Assembly: GCA_041577295.1 (NCBI GenBank)
Contig: JBFGJG010000042.1
Coordinates: 1 to 38,129 of the forward strand
Length of the DNA stretch: 38,129 nt
Source: Gemmatimonadales bacterium
Lineage (GTDB): Bacteria; Gemmatimonadota; Gemmatimonadetes; Gemmatimonadales; GWC2-71-9
Reading direction: 5' to 3'
Shown here piece by piece: positions 18,642 through 27,892 of this stretch. A program made the position numbers and the translations under genes. Each line of letters begins with the position of its first letter. Position 1 is the first letter of the stretch. The notes under the pieces are model-generated. The model searched no databases. It saw only the letters and a program-made list of their open reading frames with translations, and was not told the origin of the DNA.

Positions 18642-20285
18642 ATGGCCTTCGACGTTCCGATTCTGTTGTGGCTGGCACCCATGGTTGGCTTCCTCTTGTG
18701 GGGGCTCGCGCTGTGGGCGCGAAACGCGCGTATCTCCCGCGCGAAGCGCTGGTCGGACTCCTTGGGTTACCAGGCCGCGCGTGTCGGGAGGTTCGGCGCA
18801 GTGGCCCTCGGCGTGGCGGGGGTACTGGTCACCGTGGCGCTCGCTGGTCCGCGCTGGGGGAGTCGCACGGTCGTGACCGATACGAAAGGACTCAGTTTGG
18901 TCATTGCGATCGACATCTCCCGCTCGATGCTTGCGGAGGATGCTGCGCCATCGCGCCTCGAACGGGCCAAACGGGAGGCGCGACGGCTCGTGCACGATCT
19001 CCGTGGCGATCGCGTGGGGTTGATCGCGTTTGCGGGAGGCAGCTACATCACGTCTCCGCTGACCGTTGATCCAGGCGCGCTCCAACTCCTGATCGAGGGC
19101 CTCGATCCCGATATCGCAAGCAAGGGTGGGACGACGCTGGCGCGCGCGATCCGGCAGGGACGGGACCTACTGCTGGCGGGTGAGGAAGTGGCCGACCGTG
19201 TCTTGGTTGTATTCACTGACGGAGAAACGCACGATTCAATCCCTCCGCTACTGCAGGAGGCGGAGCGCCTGCGCCGTTCCGGCATCCGATTGATCCTCAT
19301 TGCCGAAGGCGGTCGCGAACCCGCGCGCATCCCGGTGCGCGATCCAGAAGGCTCCTTCGTTGGCTATCAGCGGGACCCCAACGGGACCGTGGTGGAGACG
19401 TGGCGTCGCGACGAAGTCTTGAACGCCGTTGCCGATGCCGCGGAAGGTGTTGTCGTGGCCGCGGAGGTGAACGATCAGGCCGGTGTGGCGCGCGGCCTGG
19501 TGGATTCCTTCAAGCGCGCACCGCTCGCGACGACGACGTCCGTGCACGATGTGTCGCGCGCCTGGATTCCTTTACTGACGGCGGTCATCGTGATGCTCGG
19601 TCACACCATCACGCGACGGTCAGCCGCGCTCGCTGCCTTGGCGATGATGATAGGGCTGCCGGGGACCGTAGGGGCCCAGGGTCTGGCGAATGCTGCTGAT
19701 GAAGCGTGGAAACGAGGGGACATCCGCGAGGCGGCGAATGGCTATCTCGAGCAAGCCCGCAGCGGACGAGGAGGGGACACCATCTGGTTCAATCTCGGGA
19801 CGGCCGCGATGGCATTGGGGGACACCGCACTCGCTCGCAGCGCGTTGGAGCGGGCCGTGAACTCCCGCGAGCCCGACGTCCGCTTTCGCGCCCTCTACAA
19901 TCTGGGCTTACTCGATCTCCGCATCGCCGGGTCGCAGGCACAAGGCCGTAGCGAAGAGCGCAGCGACCGGCTGAGGCAGGCGCAACAACGGTTTCGCGAG
20001 GCATTGTTGCTGCGACCCGATGATCGGTCGACCAAGTGGAATCTCGAGTTGACCATCGAGCTCGCGCCGCCGACCGGTGGTGGTGGCGCTACCAGCCCTC
20101 CGCCGCAGGGTGGAAGTGCGGGCGGTGGAGGATCACCGGCACAGCCGACGTCCTCCGGAGGCCTGACCCCGGAGCAGGCGGAGCAGATTCTGAATTCGAT
20201 TGCCGAGGAGGAGCGACAGACGCTGCTCGAACTGAATAGACGTCGTCGGCAGTTTGGCGAACGCCGGGAGGAGCGGGATTGGTAG
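18642..20285 (+). CDS. BatB-like VWA domain fused to a BatC-like TPR region
   Basis: LAGPRWG, DISRSMLAEDAAPSRLERAK, FTDGE; then TPRs (WFNLG, ALYNLG, KWNLEL) and LTPEQAEQILNSI...ERDW end. Start taken at ATG 18642. Confidence 0.88.
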   Translation: MAFDVPILLWLAPMVGFLLWGLALWARNARISRAKRWSDSLGYQAARVGRFGAVALGVAGVLVTVALAGPRWGSRTVVTDTKGLSLVIAIDISRSMLAEDAAPSRLERAKREARRLVHDLRGDRVGLIAFAGGSYITSPLTVDPGALQLLIEGLDPDIASKGGTTLARAIRQGRDLLLAGEEVADRVLVVFTDGETHDSIPPLLQEAERLRRSGIRLILIAEGGREPARIPVRDPEGSFVGYQRDPNGTVVETWRRDEVLNAVADAAEGVVVAAEVNDQAGVARGLVDSFKRAPLATTTSVHDVSRAWIPLLTAVIVMLGHTITRRSAALAALAMMIGLPGTVGAQGLANAADEAWKRGDIREAANGYLEQARSGRGGDTIWFNLGTAAMALGDTALARSALERAVNSREPDVRFRALYNLGLLDLRIAGSQAQGRSEERSDRLRQAQQRFREALLLRPDDRSTKWNLELTIELAPPTGGGGATSPPPQGGSAGGGGSPAQPTSSGGLTPEQAEQILNSIAEEERQTLLELNRRRRQFGERREERDW

Positions 20286-22615
20286 CGCTCACGGTGGTGG
20301 TCGCGCTGCTCGGACAGCAGCTCAGCGTGTCAGCCCGCGTCACGCCAGAGCAAGTGCTGCTTGGCGATTCCGTGGTATTGTCGATCACTGTTCAGTCTCG
20401 AGGCGACCAATCGGTGGAGATCTTCATGCCGCAGCTGGTAGGCTTCGAGGTGGAAAACACTCGTGAGCAATCGCAGGTCACGTTGGACGCGGGGGAGGCT
20501 GCACGGATCACGCGTCGGGTTCTCACGCTGCGCCCCGTGAGGGTTGGGACCATCTCGATTCCGGCCGTGCGCGTGCGACAGGGGAGTGAGGTGGCGGCAA
20601 CCGCTCCGCTGTCTGTCACGGTGGCCTCGGCTGGTGCGGCGTCCGACCGGGTACTCGTGCCCAGCGTCCGCGAGCTGGTGGTTCGGGCCCCCGCTCCGCG
20701 TCTGCAAACCGATGAGGTAGGTGCGAGTGTCCTGCTCTCAGCAGACTCGGTGCTGCTCGGCGAGCAGATCGACCTGGTCGTGATCGCGTGGTTCCCACGA
20801 GGGATCCGCTCACGGCTGCGGAATCCGCCCACCTTGCGCCCCCCACCGCTTCAGGGCGCGTGGTCCTACGAGCGACCGAGTCCGGTGGGCATTGCGATGA
20901 GCCGGCAGGTTGGCGGCACGTGGTACGATCTGTTCGTCCACCATCAAGCGGTTTTCCCCCTCGCTGTGGGGATGGTGCGCGTAGGATCCGCAACGGTCTC
21001 CTACAGCTTACCGCTCACGTATTCCTTTCTGAGTCGCGAGCTTCGGCACGAAGTCGAGACCGCGCCGTTGGACGTCTTTGTGCGCCCACATCACGAGGGG
21101 GGAGACAAAGACTTCGAAGGTGCCGCCGGTACGGGGCTCACCCTCTCGGTGGAGGGTGGCACGACAACGGTGCCATTGGGTGGCGCCATTCCCATCACGG
21201 CCACCGTACGCGGCACGGGCAACGTGGCGCTCTGGCCGGAGCCACGCTTCGAGTGGCCCACAGGACTGCGCGTGTACCCTGGTGATGTCACCGTTTCCAT
21301 TTCGGCCGAGGCTGGGAAGTTGGGTGGGACAAAAGTTTTCCAATACCTCGCGGTGGCGGATTCGATTGGCGCGTTCCGAATTCCGCCTGCCCACTACGCG
21401 TACTTTGATACGGATCGCGAACGGCACATCTCCCTGCGTGGTCCCGCCCTCGCGGTGAGCGTATCGGGGCAAGCGGCTGGAGCCGGTGTGTTGCGGGCCA
21501 CGCCACCCCGTCTCGTCCAGGGGACCGGGATCGTCGGCCGCACGCTTCATGCGATTCCCGGCTGGTTGTGGATCCTCGCGTATCTGATCGTGCCCGCGGC
21601 ACTGCTGGCCACGAGGATCCTGCCGCCCCTCAAGCAGCGGTGGCAGGCAAAGCGACGCCGACTCCCGGAAACTCCGACCAGTCCGCTTGCGCGGCTGGAC
21701 AAAGAGCTGGCCGCGGTGCTGACGCGGCTCGTGGGTCCGCGCCACGACGGCGATCGTTTGGCGGATGCGCTCAGGGCGGCAGGCATCGAGGAGCCGCTCG
21801 CCGCGCACGCGGCGCGAGTGCGAGACCGGCTGCACCGCGCACTGTACGGTCCGGACACCACCGCCGATCCATCCGAGCTCTCGGCCGAGGTAGAGGAGGT
21901 GCTACGCGTGCTCCTCGGAACGGCGTCGCAGTCGCGCCAGAGCGGCGTGCTCGTCGGATCGGTGCTGATCGTGCTCGCTGTGCTGGCGGTGCCATCAGCC
22001 GCCGGTCAATCGGCGGAGCGGCTCTATGAAACCGGTGCCGTTCGCGCCGCCGCGGACAGCTTCGCCGCTCGCGCAGTACGCGAGCCACAACGGGCGGAGC
22101 ACTGGTTCAATCTCGGCAGTGCTCGTTATCGCCTCGGGGATTTCGCAGGCGCCAGAGCGGCTTGGGTCCGAGCGCAACGCCTCGCACCACGTGCGGCGAT
22201 GGCATCCCGATCAAACGATCTGGTTCCTGCTGCAGACCTCATGAGCCGTCGTCTCACCTGGGTGTCGCCCATCACCCCACCCGAGGCGCTGCTCGTGTCG
22301 GTCATGCTATGGCTCGCAGGTTGGGTGGTCGTCGGTCGTCGCTGGCGCACCAGGATTGCGGTGCTGCTGCTCGCGCTGTCTGTGGCGAGTGGGGCGTACG
22401 CGGCGTATGTGGCGACACAATATTCGCGCCCGGTGGCTTTGGTCCGCACTGATGCCGTGCCGCTTCGCGCGGCGCCCTACGGTTCGGCTCCCGCGCAGCG
22501 GTCGCTGGTGCAAGGTGCCGCGGTCGTGATGGCCGATCCGCATGGCGCGTGGGTCCGTGTCCGGCGCGGGCGCGAAGTTGGCTGGCTCTTGCCGCGTGAG
22601 TTGATTCCCCTCTGA
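20279..22615 (+). CDS. BatD-like protein fused to a BatE-like TPR + SH3 region
   Basis: Ig-like BatD repeats (GTGNV..WPEP...GLRVYP; YFD), TM helices, TPR HWFNLGSARYRLG, C-terminal SH3-like LRAAP...WVRVRRGREVGWL. TTG start is approximate. Confidence 0.8.
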   Translation: MVALTVVVALLGQQLSVSARVTPEQVLLGDSVVLSITVQSRGDQSVEIFMPQLVGFEVENTREQSQVTLDAGEAARITRRVLTLRPVRVGTISIPAVRVRQGSEVAATAPLSVTVASAGAASDRVLVPSVRELVVRAPAPRLQTDEVGASVLLSADSVLLGEQIDLVVIAWFPRGIRSRLRNPPTLRPPPLQGAWSYERPSPVGIAMSRQVGGTWYDLFVHHQAVFPLAVGMVRVGSATVSYSLPLTYSFLSRELRHEVETAPLDVFVRPHHEGGDKDFEGAAGTGLTLSVEGGTTTVPLGGAIPITATVRGTGNVALWPEPRFEWPTGLRVYPGDVTVSISAEAGKLGGTKVFQYLAVADSIGAFRIPPAHYAYFDTDRERHISLRGPALAVSVSGQAAGAGVLRATPPRLVQGTGIVGRTLHAIPGWLWILAYLIVPAALLATRILPPLKQRWQAKRRRLPETPTSPLARLDKELAAVLTRLVGPRHDGDRLADALRAAGIEEPLAAHAARVRDRLHRALYGPDTTADPSELSAEVEEVLRVLLGTASQSRQSGVLVGSVLIVLAVLAVPSAAGQSAERLYETGAVRAAADSFAARAVREPQRAEHWFNLGSARYRLGDFAGARAAWVRAQRLAPRAAMASRSNDLVPAADLMSRRLTWVSPITPPEALLVSVMLWLAGWVVVGRRWRTRIAVLLLALSVASGAYAAYVATQYSRPVALVRTDAVPLRAAPYGSAPAQRSLVQGAAVVMADPHGAWVRVRRGREVGWLLPRELIPL

Positions 22616-24333
22616 TGGGTCGTATCGCCGTTCTCGCGCCGGAGGTCGCGGATCAGATTGCCGCGGGCGAAGTCGTGGAGCGACCCGCGTCGATCGTGAA
22701 GGAGCTTGTAGAAAACGCGCTCGACGCCGGTGCGCTAAGCGTGACCGTCGAGCTCGAAGACGGCGGGCGCGTGCAGGTGCGGGTCAGTGACGACGGAATT
22801 GGTATGGATCGGGATGACATGCTGCTCGCGCTGAATCGCCACGCCACGAGCAAAATCCGCACGGCCCGCGATCTGATTGGGGTTCCCACGTATGGCTTTC
22901 GTGGCGAGGCCTTGCCCGCCATCGCCTCTGTGGCGCAGGTAGAGTTGGAGACTGCTCTTCGCGATCCGGACGGGCGCGGCGCAGAGCGAGGCACCCGTGT
23001 GCGGGTTGCGGGTGGTCGGGTCGAGCAGGTGGAACCAGTGGCCCGCGCGCCGGGGACCACCGTCACCGTGCACCGGCTGTTTTACAACACACCCGCGCGG
23101 CGCAAGTTTCTCCGGTCGGCCCGGAGCGAAACTCGGGCGGCGGTAGAAGCCCTCACAGTGCTGGCACTGGCGCGGCTAGATGTCGCGTTCACGCTCCTGA
23201 GTGACGGACGTACTCGGATCGACGCGCCGCGCGTTTCGAGTGTGGGCGATCGCATCGCTGCCCTCTTCGGACCCGAGTTGGCACAGGGCCTGGTTCCCGT
23301 GGAGCACGAGATGGGTGGTATCGTGGTGCGCGGTTTCGTCCAGCGTCCCGCGGATGCCAAGGCCGCGGGGCGCAAAGCGTTCCTCTTCGTCAACGGTCGA
23401 CCATTTCGCGACCCCTTCCTGGTTCGTGCGGCAGAGGCCGGCTACCGTGCCACGATTGCCCCCGGATTGCGTCCGTCGCTCTTCCTCACGCTCGCGATCG
23501 CTGGGGATCGCGTCGATGTGAACGTGCACCCGGCCAAGCTGGAGGTCCGGTTCCGCGATCGGTATCTGGTGGAACGCGCTGTCGAGGACGCCGTGCGACG
23601 CAGCCTCCAGCCCATGGAAGCCTCCGCCGTTGTGCGCCACGGCGCGCCAGCGCCTGAGTCATGGGGTGGGGAAGGTGGAAGTGCACCGTCCATCCCGGTC
23701 GGTGCGCCATTGCTGCCCTTCCAGGAGCACCAGGATCGCGCACCCGGGAGCGCGGGACCCGATGCTGGACGGGACATTCTGCAGGTGTTCCAGACGTATC
23801 TCGTGTTTGAGACACCAGAGGGTGTTGCTCTCGTGGATCAGCATTCGGCGCACGAGCGCGTGTTGTACGAGCGGGCGATGGCTCAGCTGGGCGGCCAGGA
23901 CTCGGCGGCGCAGCGGCTGTTGCTACCGCTCACAATCGATCTCTCACCCGAGGAACTCGAGGCGGTTGAGGTGCATAGGGACCTCCTGTCCTCCGTCGGC
24001 TATGAGATCGAACCCTTCGGTGGCAACTCGGTGGTGATCCACGCGGTTCCAAACCCCCACCCGCGATTCGACGCCCGCCGGTGCGTCGAGGAGATGGTGG
24101 CGGATCTGGCGCGCGGTCGAGTTGGGGCGCTTGCCAACCGGCTCGAGCGCTTTGCGGCAACCTATGCATGCCGTGCTGCCGTCAAAGCTGGACAGCGGCT
24201 CGATCAGCAAGAACGACGGGAGCTACTGCGGCGCCTGTTTGCGTGTGAGCTTCCACCCCACGACGTGCACGGCCGTCCCACTATCGTGCAGCTCCCCAAG
24301 GAGGAGCTGGAGCGCCGCTTTGGGCGGTCGTAA
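22615..24333 (+). CDS. mutL: DNA mismatch repair protein MutL
   Basis: IAAGEVVERPASIVKELVENALDAGA, RHATSKI, GFRGEAL, DVNVHPAK, DQHSAHERVLYE, ACRAAVK. Confidence 0.97.
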   Translation: MGRIAVLAPEVADQIAAGEVVERPASIVKELVENALDAGALSVTVELEDGGRVQVRVSDDGIGMDRDDMLLALNRHATSKIRTARDLIGVPTYGFRGEALPAIASVAQVELETALRDPDGRGAERGTRVRVAGGRVEQVEPVARAPGTTVTVHRLFYNTPARRKFLRSARSETRAAVEALTVLALARLDVAFTLLSDGRTRIDAPRVSSVGDRIAALFGPELAQGLVPVEHEMGGIVVRGFVQRPADAKAAGRKAFLFVNGRPFRDPFLVRAAEAGYRATIAPGLRPSLFLTLAIAGDRVDVNVHPAKLEVRFRDRYLVERAVEDAVRRSLQPMEASAVVRHGAPAPESWGGEGGSAPSIPVGAPLLPFQEHQDRAPGSAGPDAGRDILQVFQTYLVFETPEGVALVDQHSAHERVLYERAMAQLGGQDSAAQRLLLPLTIDLSPEELEAVEVHRDLLSSVGYEIEPFGGNSVVIHAVPNPHPRFDARRCVEEMVADLARGRVGALANRLERFAATYACRAAVKAGQRLDQQERRELLRRLFACELPPHDVHGRPTIVQLPKEELERRFGRS

Positions 24334-25243
24334 ACCGCTGGTTCCAATCATCGTGGGTGCGACGGCCGTGGGCAAGACGGCTACTGTGCTTGCGTTGGCG
24401 GAGCGTTGGCCGCTCACCGTCATCAGCGCGGATTCGCGGCAGGTGTATTGCCACCTGGACATCGGCACGGCCAAACCGACTCGAGAGGAACGCAAACGAG
24501 TACCTCATCTCGGCATTGACGTGATCGATCCGGGCGAGGCGTATAGCGCCGGGCGATACGCCCGCGATGCAGCAAGATGGTTACGGGAGGTGCCGGCAGA
24601 TCGACAGGCGATCGTGGTGGGCGGTACCGGATTCTACGTTCGCGCGCTGGCGGATGGACTCTTCCGAGAGCCACCCATGGACGCTGCGCGAAGGGCGCTG
24701 CTCCGGCAGTGGACCGAGCAAGCAAACGGTCTCGGGCGGTGGGCCACGCGCCTGGACCCCGGCTTTCGAGGTGGAGGCCGTCAGCGCGCCGGACGGGTTG
24801 TCGAGGTCGCGCTCCTCACGGGCAAGCCTCTCTCGTGGTGGCAACGCTCCGTCCAAGAACAGGGTGTGATGCGACCTTGGTACCTATTGCTCACAATCCC
24901 GCGCCAGGTGTTGCACGATCGGATCCGAGCCCGCACGCACCACATGCTCGAGCGGGGGCTCATCGATGAAGTGCGTGACGTGCTGTCCCGCGGCGTGCCA
25001 GAAGACGCACCTGGACTCGACGCCGTGGGGTATCGACAAGTCGTCGCGTACCTGCAAGGGCGCGCCGAACGCGATACCCTGGAAGACGAGATCGCGGCCG
25101 CCACCCGGCGGTACGCAAAGCGGCAGGACACCTGGTTTCGACACCAGCTGACGGGGTACCACGTGCACACACTCGATGCGACGGCATCGCCGGAACGATT
25201 GGCCGATCGGATCGTCCAGCTTTGGGAGGAGCGAGGGGGATAA
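24320..25243 (+). CDS. miaA: tRNA dimethylallyltransferase
   Basis: GATAVGKT, ISADSRQVY, DIGTAKP, VGGTGFY, TRRYAKRQDTWF. Start taken at TTG 24320 downstream of GGAG. Confidence 0.95.
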   Translation: MGGRKPLVPIIVGATAVGKTATVLALAERWPLTVISADSRQVYCHLDIGTAKPTREERKRVPHLGIDVIDPGEAYSAGRYARDAARWLREVPADRQAIVVGGTGFYVRALADGLFREPPMDAARRALLRQWTEQANGLGRWATRLDPGFRGGGRQRAGRVVEVALLTGKPLSWWQRSVQEQGVMRPWYLLLTIPRQVLHDRIRARTHHMLERGLIDEVRDVLSRGVPEDAPGLDAVGYRQVVAYLQGRAERDTLEDEIAAATRRYAKRQDTWFRHQLTGYHVHTLDATASPERLADRIVQLWEERGG

Positions 25244-26370
25244 TGCGAATTGGTATCACCTGTTATCCGACGTACGGTGGATCTGGGGCGGTGGCGACCG
25301 AACTCGGAATCGAGCTCGGTCGGCGCGGGCACGACGTCCACCTCATCTCATACGCGTCGCCGTTTCGCCTACGCGGCTTCACCGAGCACGTCTACTTCCA
25401 TGAAGTCGACCTGAGCGGCACCTATCCGCTTCTGGAGTACTTCCCGTACTCCCTGGCGCTGTCGGTGAAGCAACATGAGATCGCGTTACGCGAGGACCTG
25501 GAGATCTTGCACGTGCATTACGCCATCCCGCACGCTCCCGCTGCCTTCCTCGCAAAGCAGATGTTGCTTGAGAGCAACCGCGACATCAAAGTCGCGACGA
25601 CGCTGCACGGGACCGACATCACGCTGGTTGGTCAGGAGAGCTCATTTTTTACGATTACCAAGTTCGCGATCGAGCGTTCGGACGCGGTGACGGCGGTCTC
25701 GGAGTTTTTGAAAGACGAAACGTACCGAGCGTTCGGGTGTCAGCGTTGTGATATCGAGGTCATCCCAAATTTCGTCAACCTCAGCGAGTACTACCCCTCA
25801 AATGACGTAAAATGCCGCTCGGCGCTGGCCCCTGAGGGCACAAAGGTCCTCATGCACATCTCCAACTTCCGGCCAGTGAAACGGGTACCTGACATTGTCC
25901 GGGCGTTTGCCCGCGTACACCAGAAGATCCCAAGTGTCCTGGTGCTCGTGGGGGACGGACCGCAGCGTCCGGAGGTCGAGGCCGAGGTCGCGAGGCTCGA
26001 CCTGGCGAGCAGCGTGCGTTTCCTGGGCAAGGTGAACGTCGTCTCCGATCTCCTGCGGGCGGCTGATCTGTTCCTATTACCGAGCGCCTCGGAGTCCTTC
26101 GGTGTCAGCGCGCTCGAAGCCATGGCATGTGGTGTTCCCGTGGTCGCGACAAACGTCGGCGGCCTTCCGGAGGTCATGCGAGATGGCGAAACCGGAGCGT
26201 TAGTGCCCGTAGGTGACGTGGACGCGATGGCGAAAAAGGCGCTGGAGCTACTGCAGCCGGCCACGTGGAAAGCCGCCCGAGCGGCGGCGGTGCGCCGAGC
26301 AGCCGATTTTTCCGCCGAGCTCATCGTGCCACGGTACGAGAACCTGTACCAACGAATGGTGAGTGCGTGA
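25243..26370 (+). CDS. bshA: N-acetyl-alpha-D-glucosaminyl L-malate synthase (bacillithiol biosynthesis)
   Basis: MRIGITCYPTYGGSGAVATELG, LHVHYAIPHA, TTLHGTDITLVG, HISNFRPVKR, ESFG...EAMACG. Confidence 0.93.
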   Translation: MRIGITCYPTYGGSGAVATELGIELGRRGHDVHLISYASPFRLRGFTEHVYFHEVDLSGTYPLLEYFPYSLALSVKQHEIALREDLEILHVHYAIPHAPAAFLAKQMLLESNRDIKVATTLHGTDITLVGQESSFFTITKFAIERSDAVTAVSEFLKDETYRAFGCQRCDIEVIPNFVNLSEYYPSNDVKCRSALAPEGTKVLMHISNFRPVKRVPDIVRAFARVHQKIPSVLVLVGDGPQRPEVEAEVARLDLASSVRFLGKVNVVSDLLRAADLFLLPSASESFGVSALEAMACGVPVVATNVGGLPEVMRDGETGALVPVGDVDAMAKKALELLQPATWKAARAAAVRRAADFSAELIVPRYENLYQRMVSA

Positions 26371-27152
26371 CCTGGTGGCAGGGTTTCGTGCTGGGGTTGG
26401 TGCAAGGACTCACCGAGTTTCTCCCCGTGTCGAGTTCAGGGCACCTCGTGGTGGCGGAAGCCGCTGTCGGGCTCACGACGCCCGGCGTGCTCGTTGAGGT
26501 GGCGCTGCATGTCGCGACGCTACTCGCGGTCGTGATAGTGTACCGATCGCGTCTCTGGTCGCTCGTGCGCGGCATGCTGACCAAACATGCCGACTCGTGG
26601 CGCTATGTCGGTTTGCTCGCGGTGGGTTCGGTCCCGGCGGGGATCGTGGGACTGGCGGGGCAAGAGTTTTTCGAGCGCGCCTTTGACTCACTGCAGCTGG
26701 TTGGCGTCAACTTCCTGGTGACCGGGTTCATCCTGTGGAGTACTCGTCGGGTCATCGCGCGCACGACGGAACTCCAGCCTACGGTCGTCGGCGCCGGTGC
26801 TATTGGGATCGCACAGGCGCTCGCGATCCTCCCAGGCATCTCACGGTCCGGCACCACGGTCGCCGCGGGGTTGTGGCTCAAAATCGATCCAGTCCGCGCT
26901 GCGGAGTTCTCGTTCCTGATGGCCATTCCTGCGATCGCTGGCGCGGCGGTGCTCCAGATACCCGATCTAGCGGAGGACGTCACGGCCGTGGGTACGGGTC
27001 CGCTCTTATTGAGCTTTCTGACATCGCTCGTTTTTGGTGTCCTGGCCATTCGCTTGCTGGTCTCATTGCTCGCACGTCGCGCGTTCCATCACTTCGCGCC
27101 GTATTGTTGGGCCATGGGTATTGTGACTGTGGGATGGGCGTTGGTGCGCTGA
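26367..27152 (+). CDS. uppP: Undecaprenyl-diphosphate phosphatase (BacA)
   Basis: LGLVQGLTEFLPVSSSGHL, PGISRSGTT, AAEFSFLMAIP. GTG start overlaps the bshA stop. Confidence 0.95.
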   Translation: MTWWQGFVLGLVQGLTEFLPVSSSGHLVVAEAAVGLTTPGVLVEVALHVATLLAVVIVYRSRLWSLVRGMLTKHADSWRYVGLLAVGSVPAGIVGLAGQEFFERAFDSLQLVGVNFLVTGFILWSTRRVIARTTELQPTVVGAGAIGIAQALAILPGISRSGTTVAAGLWLKIDPVRAAEFSFLMAIPAIAGAAVLQIPDLAEDVTAVGTGPLLLSFLTSLVFGVLAIRLLVSLLARRAFHHFAPYCWAMGIVTVGWALVR

Positions 27153-27892
27153 TGGCGTACGACGGGTTCACTGCTGCTCAGTTAGCCGCCCGATTCCACG
27201 TCCCACAGTGCTTCACCCTGGTGCGGGTGACCAGCACGCTCGATGTCATCCACGAGTTGGCAGCCGATGGGGCACCGGGGGGTACCCTGGTGATCGCCGA
27301 CGAGCAGGTCGCCGGGCGCGGGCGGCAGGGACGACGGTGGCACAGTCCCGCCGGGTCAGGCATCTGGCTGGGCTACCTCTCGCGTCGCGATGATCAGACC
27401 GCACCCGGCGTGTTGGGGCTGCGTGTGGGACTCGCGCTGGTGGGTGCGCTCCGCGAGCTCGATATCCCGGCGGCGATCAAGTGGCCCAACGATGTCATCG
27501 TTGACCATAGGAAGCTGGCTGGTGTGCTATGCGAAGCGCGCTGGGACGGTGACCGACTTCGCTGGGTTGCTATTGGAATCGGGATCAACGTGAAGGCCCC
27601 CCTCGCAAACGACGTGGCCGCGACCGCCACCACTCTCGACTCGCTGCGACCGGGAGTGCAACGCGTGGAGGTGCTCGATCGTCTCGTACCCCGGCTTGGC
27701 GAGCTTGCGACATCCGATAGCTTGACTGCCAGCGAGCTCGAGGCGTACGCGCATCACGACTGGCTTCGTGGGAAACGGCTCGTGGAACCAATTGAGGGGC
27801 AAATCCGTGGTGTTGACGCAGGGGGAGCGTTGATTGTCGAAACCCCAAGCGGAACGGAACGACTGACAGGAGGACACGTTGTCACCGCCTAA
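27152..27892 (+). CDS. birA: Biotin--protein ligase, monofunctional (no N-terminal HTH)
   Basis: VTSTLD, ADEQVAGRGRQGRRWHSP, IKWPNDV, RKLAGVLCE, GIGIN. Confidence 0.93.
   Translation: MAYDGFTAAQLAARFHVPQCFTLVRVTSTLDVIHELAADGAPGGTLVIADEQVAGRGRQGRRWHSPAGSGIWLGYLSRRDDQTAPGVLGLRVGLALVGALRELDIPAAIKWPNDVIVDHRKLAGVLCEARWDGDRLRWVAIGIGINVKAPLANDVAATATTLDSLRPGVQRVEVLDRLVPRLGELATSDSLTASELEAYAHHDWLRGKRLVEPIEGQIRGVDAGGALIVETPSGTERLTGGHVVTA

Noticed and set aside
24122..24319. N-terminal extensions in the ORF track for miaA (likewise aldolase, batB, uppP, birA, GNAT, SMP-30, DUF2914)
   Set aside because: They overlap upstream genes or intergenic DNA. Downstream starts with RBS or stop/start coupling match the family N-termini.
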